From positions 1 through 45,836 of IMG/VR virus record IMGVR_UViG_3300049472_000121: a stretch of 45,836 nt of DNA; one strand, given 5' to 3'. How positions within the stretch are numbered: position 1 is the stretch's first letter; each line of letters opens with the position of its first letter. The stretch comes from a virus. Taxonomy: Duplodnaviria > Caudoviricetes. The position numbers and the translations under genes were made by a program. The notes beneath the pieces were generated by a model, which worked only from the letters and a program-made list of their open reading frames with translations, searched no databases and had not been told where the DNA came from. Of this stretch, positions 9,922 through 19,039 are shown one piece after another.

Positions 9922-10836
9922 ATGCTAGGAAAGTTTGGGAAAAAACAAAATATTGGAAATGTTTTTGGTACAAGCACATTGCCCGATCCACAAGTAGCAA
10001 AGCTACAAGCAGAAGCAGCAAAAATGAAAGCTACTGCATTGGCGCGACCTAGCTTGGGTAAGTATCAAGGCGCGACCGATAAAGGTGGCGCACTAAAAGA
10101 TGTGTACAAGCTAAAAGACCCAGGAGCCGTTAAATCTCCTTGGATGGATCAAATGCTTCAACAACAAGAAATGATGCAAACCCAAGCCTTGAATCGAGGT
10201 GCTCAACAAGCAGCAACGCAAGCAGCAGGCGCGCAAGCTTCAATGGCTCGTCGGGGTGGTTTGTCTTCTGGCGCGGCTGAGCGTTTAGCAGCTGGCGCGC
10301 AAGAGCAACGAACTCTGGGCGCGCAAGATATTTACGGCCAAGGCGCTCAACAACGCCTAGGTATGCAAACTGAAGATATGAAGGGTGAGCGACAATTTCA
10401 AACTGGCCTTCAACAATCAAATATCCAAAATGCTCTTACCGATCTTGGACAACGTCAGCAATTTGATCTTGGTAAATACTCTGAACAAATGAAGGGCTGG
10501 GCTGCTGAGCAAGCTGCTAAAGCTACTGAAGGTGGAGGCGGGGGTACTGTTATTTGTACTGCGCTTATGGATGTAGGGTTGGTGTCAATTGAGCAACGAA
10601 GACGAGCTTCTGAATTTAGAAAACAAGTTTCAAATGAAACTTATTCCGCCTATTTGCGATGGGGAACACCTGTTGCAAACGCCATTAGACTCGTACCTGC
10701 TTTGGGCTTTGTGTTCCGACCTTTGGTTAGATACTGGACTGGAGACAGAGACATCTTGGCTGTAGCTCAGTACAAGTTTTTTAGCTTATTTAACAAACTT
10801 TTCGTAAAGAAAAATTCTTTGGTAGAGGTGAAATAA
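9922..10836 (+). CDS. Ejection / internal virion protein with C-terminal GGGGG-TVICT domain
   Basis: Q/A/G-rich, MARRGGLSSGA motif, follows the adaptor gene. Confidence 0.7.
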   Translation: MLGKFGKKQNIGNVFGTSTLPDPQVAKLQAEAAKMKATALARPSLGKYQGATDKGGALKDVYKLKDPGAVKSPWMDQMLQQQEMMQTQALNRGAQQAATQAAGAQASMARRGGLSSGAAERLAAGAQEQRTLGAQDIYGQGAQQRLGMQTEDMKGERQFQTGLQQSNIQNALTDLGQRQQFDLGKYSEQMKGWAAEQAAKATEGGGGGTVICTALMDVGLVSIEQRRRASEFRKQVSNETYSAYLRWGTPVANAIRLVPALGFVFRPLVRYWTGDRDILAVAQYKFFSLFNKLFVKKNSLVEVK

Positions 10837-10837
10837 A

Positions 10838-11281
10838 ATGGGATTATTTGACGTATTAAGTAAAGCAGCAGGAATTGTAGCAGCTCCCGTAACAGGAGGA
10901 GCTTCACTTGCGCCTATGTTAATTGGTGCGGGTCTTGGAGCAGGAAAACATTTCTTGCTTGATAAACCAGCGGAAGAAGCATCTCGCAAACAATCAGCAG
11001 CCATGATGCGTGTATCACCTTGGTCTGGTATTAAACCATCAGAAGTTAAAACAGCTCCCGGTCTATTTGCTTCAGCCCTTCAGGGTGGAGCAATGGGCGC
11101 GACAGCTGGTAGCGCTTTAGGAGGCGCTGAAGCTTTGTCGCAAGCTGACCTTGCTGCTAATGCTGGGGCTGGGCCTCTGTCAAACGCTGCTTTTGCTGCT
11201 AAGCAATCAATGGTTCCCCAATGGACTAAGAGTGATTGGTTGAATATGTCGCCTCAAGGTGGCGTTGGAATGTTAAAATAA
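10838..11281 (+). CDS. Ejection / pilot protein (G/A-rich)
   Basis: AAPVTGGASL and GGAMGATAG glycine-zipper segments; GAGG RBS. Confidence 0.7.
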   Translation: MGLFDVLSKAAGIVAAPVTGGASLAPMLIGAGLGAGKHFLLDKPAEEASRKQSAAMMRVSPWSGIKPSEVKTAPGLFASALQGGAMGATAGSALGGAEALSQADLAANAGAGPLSNAAFAAKQSMVPQWTKSDWLNMSPQGGVGMLK

Positions 11282-11294
11282 TAAGGAGTCTTTA

Positions 11295-12440
11295 ATGGCT
11301 TTAAGTTTTTGGGATAAAATAGGCGCTCAGTTAGTAAGTGGTCCTCAGGGCCTCGCTGATCAGGAAATCGCTGACGCACAAGCACAAGCACAATTAGCTC
11401 AGCAGCAACAAGCAGCGTTTGCATCGAAAGCTGATGAAGCTGATCAAGAGCAGTTGTATAGAAATTCCACGAAAAATAATCCAAATGGAATTAACCAATA
11501 TAATTTAACACCTGATGAACAACTACAGATGATAGCTGCCCAACAATCATCACCACAATTTGCGCAGGCAGCAGGTATGGGCGCGAATCCTTACGAGAAG
11601 CAGTACATCGACGCATTAATTAGTGCGCAAGGACTTCAAAAAGAAGGTATCGGTTCTATTCAAAAAAGGATCCTTGACCTTCAAAACGCGCCTCAAAGAC
11701 AAGATGGTCTACAGCAAGCTATCATTCAAGCGGCTGATTTATGGGGTGGCGGAGGTGGTTCGTTCAACAAAATGTACAATGAAGCAAATCCAAATCTTAC
11801 TCCACAACAGCGCCAAGCTGCAATCACACAATTAGAAGATACTCTTCGTAAATCTAAAGGTGATCTATCGGACTCCGAAATTGCTGTTCTTAAAGCTAAA
11901 ATGGGTTTTGCTGAAGCTAAAATAAAGGCGGGGCAAAAAGGCGAGGGGGCGCAACTCCCTGCGGGACAGGCTGAAAGAATTGCAGACCTTGACACTATCG
12001 GCGGACAAATTGACGACCTAGAAAACCAATGGGTAGAATCGTTTGGATCAAAACGAAAAGGTAAAAACGATTACTCTATTATGGCTGGTATAAAAGCAGG
12101 GCTTCTACCAGGAAGCGAAGAGGCAATGTACGAAGACTCAAGAAAACTAAAAGCGCAGACAATTGGTCGCGCTCTTGAGGGTGGTAAGCTTACGGATGTA
12201 GACTACACAAAATACATGAAATTTATTCCTTCTCCTAGTGATACTCCAGCTCGCGCCAAAGAGAAAATTGAAAACTTAAGAAAATACGCCGAAAATACTA
12301 AAAAGACTCTTGTGAAAACACTTGGGCAATCGGGGTACAAAGTGAGTGGTATCGAAACTGGATCTGGTGGTGGATTATCACAACAGCAAATGCAACGACT
12401 ACAACAACTCCGCGCTATGAAAGCTGCAGGTAAAATCTAA
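11295..12440 (+). CDS. Ejection / internal virion protein
   Basis: 381 aa, Q-rich helical; AAGGAG RBS; in the ejection cluster. Confidence 0.7.
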   Translation: MALSFWDKIGAQLVSGPQGLADQEIADAQAQAQLAQQQQAAFASKADEADQEQLYRNSTKNNPNGINQYNLTPDEQLQMIAAQQSSPQFAQAAGMGANPYEKQYIDALISAQGLQKEGIGSIQKRILDLQNAPQRQDGLQQAIIQAADLWGGGGGSFNKMYNEANPNLTPQQRQAAITQLEDTLRKSKGDLSDSEIAVLKAKMGFAEAKIKAGQKGEGAQLPAGQAERIADLDTIGGQIDDLENQWVESFGSKRKGKNDYSIMAGIKAGLLPGSEEAMYEDSRKLKAQTIGRALEGGKLTDVDYTKYMKFIPSPSDTPARAKEKIENLRKYAENTKKTLVKTLGQSGYKVSGIETGSGGGLSQQQMQRLQQLRAMKAAGKI

Positions 12441-14272
12441 TGACTGAAGCAGAAGAGCTAGAACTTTTAGAATTAGAGGCTCAAGCTGCTGGGGGCGGAT
12501 CGCGTCCAGATCCGTGGGCGCAAGTTTCGGGGATGGGCGCAGGTCCTCAAGTTGTTCAAGAACAGCATCCAGACATTTCTTGGAAAGATCGCTTGATCAC
12601 AAAAAATCTAGCGTCGTCTCCCGAAGCCGCAATATCTTATCTCAAAAAAGAGCATCCCAAGTTAGATATTCAAACCGACGAATCAGGACAAATTAAAATC
12701 AAACGTCCTGAGGAACAACAATACCGAGTACTAGATCCTGAGGGAGTAGACTCTTTTAAAGAAGCGCTAAAAGACATCGGAGATGTTGGGTATGATGTTT
12801 TATCGGGTGTGGGATCTGGTGTTGCGACAGCTGCAGCAGGTTTAGGTGGAGGTCTGGCTTCAGGAGGCGTGGGGGCAATACCCGCTGCTATGGCGGCAGG
12901 CGCAGGCTCATCCGCAGGCCTTGAGGCTCTACGCCAAGGTCTTGGCAAGTACGCAGGTATGGAAGACAACATGAATCTGGGTGATATTGGTGTCGCGGGT
13001 CTTGCTGGAGGCGTGTCTCCTCTCTTATTTGGTACTGGTGCATCTCTTGCTAGCGCTAGTGGAAAAGATCTGGCTGGTAAATTGGCCAAAGGATTAGGCG
13101 CTAAATTACCTGAGGTGGGGTCCGAGGCAGCAGAAGCACTTCTTAAAACTCAGCGGGGTGTTCCTTCGAGATTGTTGGGCGCTACTATTGAAAAAGCGCT
13201 ACCCTCAGCGGCAAGTAAACTTTCTGGTGTTTCCAAAACGGACGCAGAAGACTTAGTAAAACACGGCGATATTTTAGGTAAGTTTGAATCAAATCCCGAT
13301 GCTATAGAAGAACTAGCTACGGATACTATGAAAAATAGTATTGATAAATTTAGAGAAACAGAGACTGCTTTATATAAGCAAGTAGTTAATGAAACTGGTG
13401 CTGATGGTATTGATGTAAGAGAAGCTCTTAAACCTTGGCTCGAAAAACGAAGAGAGTTAGCTAAAGCGGCTTCTGCTGAAGGTTCAACTCCTTTTCAAAA
13501 ACGCGCTTTTGAAGAATTTAAAAACACGATGGATGACCTTTGGGGTTCTCCTAAGTTGAACGAACCAAGTTTCTACACAAAAACCCCCGAGCAATTTACC
13601 TCTATTCAGCAACGAATCGCAGAACTAGCTGATTTTGACAATGGTTTAAAAATTAAATCAAAAGTTGCAGATCTTAGTCCTGCGGAAAAAGTGATTGCGT
13701 TAACATCGAAAAATTCATACGCGGGTATGAATAAATCTCTATCAAACGTGTCTGACAAAATACCTGCCATTAAGAAAAATTTAGCGGAGATAATTCAAGC
13801 GAGAGAATTTTTACACAAGAAAATTGGATCTCCTGAGCAATTCGTATCTCGTATGCGGCAAGCAGGAAGTGATAAGCTCGAAGGTAAAATGCTTGCGGCG
13901 AAATTAAAAAATATTGGTGCTTTAATCGGGGATGAGGGTCTTGATCAAGCGCGAGGTATTATCAATGCGGCCGATAAGTTCGGTAAAGCAACCCCTATAC
14001 TTTCGCAAAAACGAATACCAGCTGCTATTTTAGGCGCTGTCGGTGGTTACACTGCAAATAGAGCTGTCCAAGGACAGGGAGAAGGATTTAACTTACCAGG
14101 CGTAACAGCGGGGGGCGTACTTGGTGCGGCTTTAGGTGGTCCTCGGGCTATGCGTGCTATTTTGGAAGCCGCAAGACGCGGTGGTACAGGAAGTACTGTT
14201 GCGCCGACTATTCAATATGGGCTAAAACCTGCTTGGAATATGATGCTAAACAAAGAGAATGTGGAGAAATAA
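12440..14272 (+). CDS. Large ejection / DNA transfer protein
   Basis: 610 aa with two glycine-zipper hydrophobic regions; MTEAEELELLELE N-terminus. Confidence 0.7.
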   Translation: MTEAEELELLELEAQAAGGGSRPDPWAQVSGMGAGPQVVQEQHPDISWKDRLITKNLASSPEAAISYLKKEHPKLDIQTDESGQIKIKRPEEQQYRVLDPEGVDSFKEALKDIGDVGYDVLSGVGSGVATAAAGLGGGLASGGVGAIPAAMAAGAGSSAGLEALRQGLGKYAGMEDNMNLGDIGVAGLAGGVSPLLFGTGASLASASGKDLAGKLAKGLGAKLPEVGSEAAEALLKTQRGVPSRLLGATIEKALPSAASKLSGVSKTDAEDLVKHGDILGKFESNPDAIEELATDTMKNSIDKFRETETALYKQVVNETGADGIDVREALKPWLEKRRELAKAASAEGSTPFQKRAFEEFKNTMDDLWGSPKLNEPSFYTKTPEQFTSIQQRIAELADFDNGLKIKSKVADLSPAEKVIALTSKNSYAGMNKSLSNVSDKIPAIKKNLAEIIQAREFLHKKIGSPEQFVSRMRQAGSDKLEGKMLAAKLKNIGALIGDEGLDQARGIINAADKFGKATPILSQKRIPAAILGAVGGYTANRAVQGQGEGFNLPGVTAGGVLGAALGGPRAMRAILEAARRGGTGSTVAPTIQYGLKPAWNMMLNKENVEK

Positions 14273-14273
14273 T

Positions 14274-14597
14274 ATGGAACATGAAAAATGCTCGCCTGAA
14301 GAGGCGGCTGAGATTTTAATCAAAGCAAAAGAAATTCAAGCCGACCCTGTGCAGTTTAAAGCTGCTCAAGAAGTGCTGAAGAAAAAATCCTCCACGATCA
14401 ACTCTATTACGGATCTTAAAAAGATGAGTCAAAAGGGTCTGACAATGAAGGATCTTTTGACTGAAGAAGATAAAGTTGCGTTAAAAGAGAAACTCATCAC
14501 AGATGGTAAAATGGCTGAGATGGGGTTCATGGTTAAAGAAAAAGTAGATATGGCTGATTCAGAAGAAGAATCAGAGGAGGAAGAGGAAAATGATTAA
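14274..14597 (+). CDS. Hypothetical protein with acidic tail
   Basis: GGAG before ATG 14274 (ORF track starts 14259). Confidence 0.7.
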   Translation: MEHEKCSPEEAAEILIKAKEIQADPVQFKAAQEVLKKKSSTINSITDLKKMSQKGLTMKDLLTEEDKVALKEKLITDGKMAEMGFMVKEKVDMADSEEESEEEEEND

Positions 14598-14790
14598 AGG
14601 CACACCTAGTCCTTGGAACGGACTCCCTGTTGAAAAACTCAAAGAGTTTAAAGACAAGTACAAACTAGCCAATGACATTGAAAAAGAAGCTCAGCGTGAG
14701 CAGCAACTTAAAAAAGAAAAGTTAAACGCCGAAGGACAAACACAAATGGAGGCGATGAAAGATACGCTTCCATTCTTGGATCGGGGTTAA
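14590..14790 (+). CDS. Hypothetical protein, 66 aa
   Basis: GAGG upstream, overlap-coupled; last gene of the rightward arm. Confidence 0.65.
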   Translation: MIKGTPSPWNGLPVEKLKEFKDKYKLANDIEKEAQREQQLKKEKLNAEGQTQMEAMKDTLPFLDRG

Positions 14791-15122
14791 TGCTCTTCTT
14801 GCTCTTCGCCGTAGGCCATGTTTTTTAGCCCCTGAAATACCTCGGGCCAATTAACAGGATCCACCACTAGCGACAAACCACCTGCCTTCTCAATTTGGTC
14901 AAGCGTGTATTGTTGAAGCGCATCGGGATCCTCATCAGGGGAGCTTTTAAGCTCGAGCGCCACAAAGTGGCCCCTGATGCAGGCTAAAATGTCCGGGGTT
15001 CCTCTGATAACTACTTGTTGGATTTTCACGCAAAAAGTTTCGGGGAGGGTGTGGAGAGCGCCAAGCACTTTCTCCTTAAGTTTTGTCTCTTTTTTCTTCG
15101 CCACCTGATAACTGTACCACAA
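14787..15122 (-). CDS. VRR-NUC / Holliday junction resolvase-like nuclease
   Basis: ETKL...GTPDILAC...FVALELKS...LQQYTLDQIEKAGG PD-(D/E)xK pattern; true start likely the GTG giving MAKKKE. Confidence 0.88.
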   Translation of the reverse strand: MWYSYQVAKKKETKLKEKVLGALHTLPETFCVKIQQVVIRGTPDILACIRGHFVALELKSSPDEDPDALQQYTLDQIEKAGGLSLVVDPVNWPEVFQGLKNMAYGEEQEEH

Positions 15123-15576
15123 GACTTTTGAAATGTTTTAAATTGGTAAACGCGTCGGGACCATACATTTTACGAGCCGCATTGTCGTAGGCAATTGCGG
15201 CTTCAATTAAGGTCTTAAACATACCCAAATGCACCCTTTTTCCGTGCTGTCTTATGCCTGCTTTGATGTACCCATCTTTTTCAATAGTCACACCTATGAA
15301 ACCTGAACTATTTGCCTTTTTAGCGTTCTGCGCGTTTTGTCCTTTTGTGACAAATCTCAAGTTTGCTCTTCTATTATCTAGTTTATCGCCGTTGATATGA
15401 TCGACAACATCAGCTTGTTTTGCGCCCATAATCATGCGGTGCATTTGTACCTTTTTAGCGCCTACGTTGCAATGAGCATAGCCGTGCGATGCTACAAACC
15501 AAGAGAAATTAGATAGCATAGGTATTAAATCGTCATCTACTAAAGCCACGCCGCCTGTAACAAGCAACTTCCCCAT
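15076..15576 (-). CDS. HNH endonuclease with AP2 domain
   Basis: MHRMIM...VDHINGDKLDNRRANLR plus GFIGV...HLGMFKTLIEAAIAYD. Confidence 0.93.
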   Translation of the reverse strand: MGKLLVTGGVALVDDDLIPMLSNFSWFVASHGYAHCNVGAKKVQMHRMIMGAKQADVVDHINGDKLDNRRANLRFVTKGQNAQNAKKANSSGFIGVTIEKDGYIKAGIRQHGKRVHLGMFKTLIEAAIAYDNAARKMYGPDAFTNLKHFKSLVVQLSGGEEKRDKT

Positions 15577-15582
15577 GTATTC

Positions 15583-15610
15583 ATGGTAGCTGAGAAAACT
15601 TAAATTGCAA
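15583..15610 (-). promoter_or_regulatory. Sigma70-type promoter giving a leaderless HNH mRNA
   Basis: TTGCAA-16nt-TACCAT-6nt-ATG, no SD. Confidence 0.55.
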
Positions 15611-16193
15611 TGTCCAGGTCGTGCATCCCCTGAGGCATGATGCGTACATTCACGCCAACGTGTGTGAAATATACGACCTCCTTTGGATGTGAGTGGGCCA
15701 GTATGATTTCTTTTAGCTCGGGATACTGCTTTTTCTTAGCCTCAACCCATGTAAGTAAACGCTTGTTGGGGCGTACTGCCCAGAACCTACGAAGCTCGCC
15801 TATCACTCGTGAAATCATGTTGCGCTTAAACCATCCTGCACCTTTTTCTTGGCGCATAAACTCTTCAACTTTTTCCGCAGTCCATGAGGCGCGATGCCCG
15901 TGGTGGATGAGGATTTTGTCAGCCAATAGAAGTTCTTCATCAGCAGGGAAAGCGTAGCAAGAGTGATTTCCCTCTAGAATGTAGCCGCCTTTTTCTTTGA
16001 CTAGGTTGTTTAGCAGAATTGACTCTTGATAGAGCGCAGGCAGTTCTTTGGTTTTGCAACCAGAGAAGTCGTAAATATCCCCGTTAAAAATTACAGGATA
16101 CGGGGATGAGGTTACATGGTAGCAAAGTTCAGCAAACGTCATCACTTGCGGTACGCCGCGTAGGTGGATGTCATTAAAAATCCGTAAAAACAA
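15600..16193 (-). CDS. Calcineurin-like metallophosphoesterase
   Basis: NDIH, NGDIYD, EGNH, HHGH and AHSH motifs; start reassigned to TTG 16193 after AAGGAG (ORF track 16274). Confidence 0.85.
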   Translation of the reverse strand: MFLRIFNDIHLRGVPQVMTFAELCYHVTSSPYPVIFNGDIYDFSGCKTKELPALYQESILLNNLVKEKGGYILEGNHSCYAFPADEELLLADKILIHHGHRASWTAEKVEEFMRQEKGAGWFKRNMISRVIGELRRFWAVRPNKRLLTWVEAKKKQYPELKEIILAHSHPKEVVYFTHVGVNVRIMPQGMHDLDIAI

Positions 16194-16194
16194 G

Positions 16195-16440
16195 CTAGTC
16201 TCCTTCGATGCACATCTCATAGTAAGACTTGCAGTCTTCTGCTGGTGGGCACTCAAATGTACAAGGTAGCTCAACTACTCTCGGTTGACAAATGGGGCAT
16301 GGTGGTGGAGGCGGTGGGATGATGCATTTCTTGGACTCCTCCCAAGCCAGTTTCATTTCGAGCTTCTCAAGTTCTATTGCATGGGTTAAATTCTTATACA
16401 CTATGACGCTAATCAAAAAGATGATCACCCACTTGGCCAT
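16195..16440 (-). CDS. Membrane-anchored Pro/Cys-rich protein
   Basis: GAGG before ATG 16440; MAKWVIIFLISVIV anchor, PPPPPP tract, several Cys; abuts the phosphoesterase gene. Confidence 0.6.
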   Translation of the reverse strand: MAKWVIIFLISVIVYKNLTHAIELEKLEMKLAWEESKKCIIPPPPPPCPICQPRVVELPCTFECPPAEDCKSYYEMCIEGD

Positions 16441-16867
16441 TATCCTCAGTGTACCCTCATTTTCATTTGGTGCGAAGCCTGTCAAAGAGTCGTCGTTCTA
16501 CCCATGCTCTGAGGAGGTGTTCTGGTACGCGGTTAAAATGGCGGAAAGTGGCGGAAATCCTAAAGCTGTTTATATGGAAGCATGGGGTGAGGAGAGCTTG
16601 GGTCTGTATCAGCTATCCGTATCAGATTCTAAACGCTATCCTGATTGCCCAAACACACGAGAGGCTTTGTTTGATCCTGCCTTAAATACAAAATGTAAGG
16701 ATTCTGTAATTAAGAAGCTTCGTTACTTACATCCAACAAAGAATTGGAGTGAAGTAGGTGGGCTTTATTGGTCAGTTTTAAGACATCCTACCTACTGGCC
16801 GAAAGCTCGCACTCAGCCTTATTTGAATTTTAAGAGGTATGCTGAGAGTCGTGGTTGTAAATTGTAG
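16403..16867 (+). CDS. Secreted lytic transglycosylase (SLT domain)
   Basis: MAESGGNPKA, SLGLYQLS, LFDPALN and YWSVLR motifs; signal-peptide-like N-terminus; start uncertain (16403 or 16421). Confidence 0.82.
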   Translation: MTLIKKMITHLAIILSVPSFSFGAKPVKESSFYPCSEEVFWYAVKMAESGGNPKAVYMEAWGEESLGLYQLSVSDSKRYPDCPNTREALFDPALNTKCKDSVIKKLRYLHPTKNWSEVGGLYWSVLRHPTYWPKARTQPYLNFKRYAESRGCKL

Positions 16868-17124
16868 TTGTAAATAGGTTGTAAATGAATTACTTGGCCA
16901 AGAGATATGCCCTCTTATTTAAGCCTGTAAACACCAAGCAAATTGTTAAACTTTCCAAAGCGGAATAGTTATAAATAAATTCATACCCATCAAGTGAAAT
17001 GAAAAACAAAGACAATTCCACTTTTGGGGATCGTTATATGTTTTTTGAAAGATGCTTTGATTGATATTAAATCCTGCACCTATAGAGAATCCAAACCAAT
17101 GAAGTTTAATTATATCTAAGTCCA

Positions 17125-17391
17125 CTATTCAATCGCCTTTCTGTATGCTTCTAGACAGGTGCGAGCGCGTTTGCCAAAATCGTATCCGATAGGAGCTTGA
17201 TCAATACCTCGATATGCTACCATTGTAGAAATATATGTTTTTTTGTCCTCATAAAACTCAAGCGCCGAAGCCATCATCTTAACGAGTGCTTCTAGCTGTT
17301 TGATTTCGTCTTTCAGGTGAATAATTAACTCCTTATGAAATTCTAAGTTGTCTTTGAAATCTTCATAAGATACTGGATGTTTACGTTTCAT
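17125..17391 (-). CDS. Hypothetical protein
   Basis: Coiled coil plus ALEFY motif; member of an overlap-coupled ORF chain. Confidence 0.7.
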   Translation of the reverse strand: MKRKHPVSYEDFKDNLEFHKELIIHLKDEIKQLEALVKMMASALEFYEDKKTYISTMVAYRGIDQAPIGYDFGKRARTCLEAYRKAIE

Positions 17392-17768
17392 TTCAATTTC
17401 TCCAAAGCTTCACGGGCTAATTGTAGCGGATGATCTGGGTCGCTTTCGCCAGTAGACATAAAATATCCAGCCGATAAAGCTATTTTTTCTAAATACTCTT
17501 CAGCCACCCTAAGCATCTCATCTTTCTTTGCGAGCTGTGATTCATAATCTTTAATCAACTCTCCAGCATATATAAGCACGCCAGCTGTATTTGAAATGTT
17601 TGGGCCTTTCTCGGGTAGAAATTCTCTTAAAGCCCATCCCATTTTATACAAAGCTTTTGATACATCTAATTTTCTAGTGTCATCTGGCTTAGGTAATTCA
17701 TTATACTGCCATCGAAATAATTCAACTCTATCCCAGCTACTCATCGCCCCATCCTTTCTTGGAGCCAT
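17388..17768 (-). CDS. Hypothetical protein
   Basis: Overlap-coupled; probable start at MSSWDR. Confidence 0.7.
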   Translation of the reverse strand: MAPRKDGAMSSWDRVELFRWQYNELPKPDDTRKLDVSKALYKMGWALREFLPEKGPNISNTAGVLIYAGELIKDYESQLAKKDEMLRVAEEYLEKIALSAGYFMSTGESDPDHPLQLAREALEKLK

Positions 17769-18061
17769 TTAACTCCTGCTTCAAATAAATCGTCCATATT
17801 TTTTGCTTGCTCGATAGCCTTACTTTGAGCCTCTTTAATCTCATCCGAACTCGGCATCTTGGCGTTCATGGCTTCTTTAATTGCGTTATCTATTTCTTGA
17901 CTTAAATCACTCTGTCTGCCGCTATACCAAATATGTGGCAAATTAGGATCTGAATTTTTAATATGGTTCTCTAAAATTTCATCTGCTATTTGTTTAGGTG
18001 TTTTCATTCGACACATAGCCTTTCTTTGAGCCATTGATAGCAAGCAATCCAAACGTGCCAC
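17741..18061 (-). CDS. Hypothetical protein
   Basis: Overlap-coupled; probable start at MKTPKQ. Confidence 0.65.
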   Translation of the reverse strand: MARLDCLLSMAQRKAMCRMKTPKQIADEILENHIKNSDPNLPHIWYSGRQSDLSQEIDNAIKEAMNAKMPSSDEIKEAQSKAIEQAKNMDDLFEAGVKWLQERMGR

Positions 18062-18390
18062 CCAATAAAATCAATCTGCCTCTCAATTTCTGTATCAGAC
18101 ATTCCGCTAAACTTTCCCATTTCTCTATAAAATCTTTTTCGTTCTTCGTTTAATTCTTTTTCAGTAGGCCATTCAGGCATCTTGGCGGTTAGGGCTGCGC
18201 GGTATCCTGCAATAAATCCAGAGTAATTATTATCACCTTCATTGTTCTTAGCGTATTCTTCAGCCAACTTATCTAGCTCAGGTGTCTTGGTCATTTGATT
18301 TCCCCTCGTATTTCTTGAAGTAAGATCGGGCACGACGACCGCCGATATAAACAGATTTTCTTTCTGGTCTAAATTCTTGCGTGTCTTCAC
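18004..18390 (-). CDS. Hypothetical protein
   Basis: Probable start at MTKTPEL after GAGGG; GFIAGY motif common in phage small ORFs. Confidence 0.65.
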   Translation of the reverse strand: MKTRKNLDQKENLFISAVVVPDLTSRNTRGNQMTKTPELDKLAEEYAKNNEGDNNYSGFIAGYRAALTAKMPEWPTEKELNEERKRFYREMGKFSGMSDTEIERQIDFIGWHVWIACYQWLKERLCVE

Positions 18391-18595
18391 TGTTTATTAT
18401 GTCAATGAAGTTTGATCCGTCATCATGCCAACTAAGTTTGTCAGCATAAAACTTCAGCGCATCCTCAGCATCCTTCAGGCGGTCGAGGAGGGAGATGATT
18501 GTGGATGGAGGTATACTGGTCACCTCTGCGCTATACCTACAATCTTTCTCAGCTAATCTTCGTAGGTCTTTCATACGTCTCCTTTGGCTTATCAT
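18278..18595 (-). CDS. Hypothetical (Ead/Ea22-like) protein
   Basis: LRRLAEK...PPSTIISLLDRL pattern; AAGGAG before MKDLRR. Confidence 0.65.
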   Translation of the reverse strand: MISQRRRMKDLRRLAEKDCRYSAEVTSIPPSTIISLLDRLKDAEDALKFYADKLSWHDDGSNFIDIINSEDTQEFRPERKSVYIGGRRARSYFKKYEGKSNDQDT

Positions 18596-18722
18596 CTCGA
18601 TGCGCTCCGCAATTCACACACTCGTTATTTTTATCGTACTTAGTTTCTTGTTTGCAGTAAGAGCATTTTGGTTGTGTGCAAGTTGAGTCGATCAAAACTC
18701 TGTTAGACCAGTCGATAATCAT
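18549..18722 (-). CDS. Small zinc-ribbon protein, 57 aa (MIIDWSNRVLIDSTC...)
   Basis: AAGGA RBS, ATGA overlap; CSYC...CVNCG; below the ORF-track cutoff. Confidence 0.7.
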   Translation of the reverse strand: MIIDWSNRVLIDSTCTQPKCSYCKQETKYDKNNECVNCGAHRDDKPKETYERPTKIS

Positions 18723-19039
18723 ACATTTTCCTTTGGATACTCGATGTCATATTCTGGAGCTAACTCTCGTAACTGTGGGCCATTATCGCTTTTAACAAAT
18801 CTAAGAGTGTTGTCGTAAAACTTAATCTCTCCAGACGCTATTTCTCTTACAGCTCTAAGCTTCTTCACAGGCTCCTCTATTGGCTCTAGTGTGAGGCCGA
18901 TGCCTTTACAAAACAAGCTATCGAACTGTTCTCCATCTGGAGCTTTGAAAGTTAAATAAGCATCTCTATAGGGATCTGAAATTTCTCTTTGTTCAATAAG
19001 ATCAACTATCACGCCTGTTTCTTTGATGCGGTACTTCAT
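18719..19039 (-). CDS. Hypothetical protein
   Basis: GAGG RBS, ATGA coupling. Confidence 0.7.
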   Translation of the reverse strand: MKYRIKETGVIVDLIEQREISDPYRDAYLTFKAPDGEQFDSLFCKGIGLTLEPIEEPVKKLRAVREIASGEIKFYDNTLRFVKSDNGPQLRELAPEYDIEYPKENV

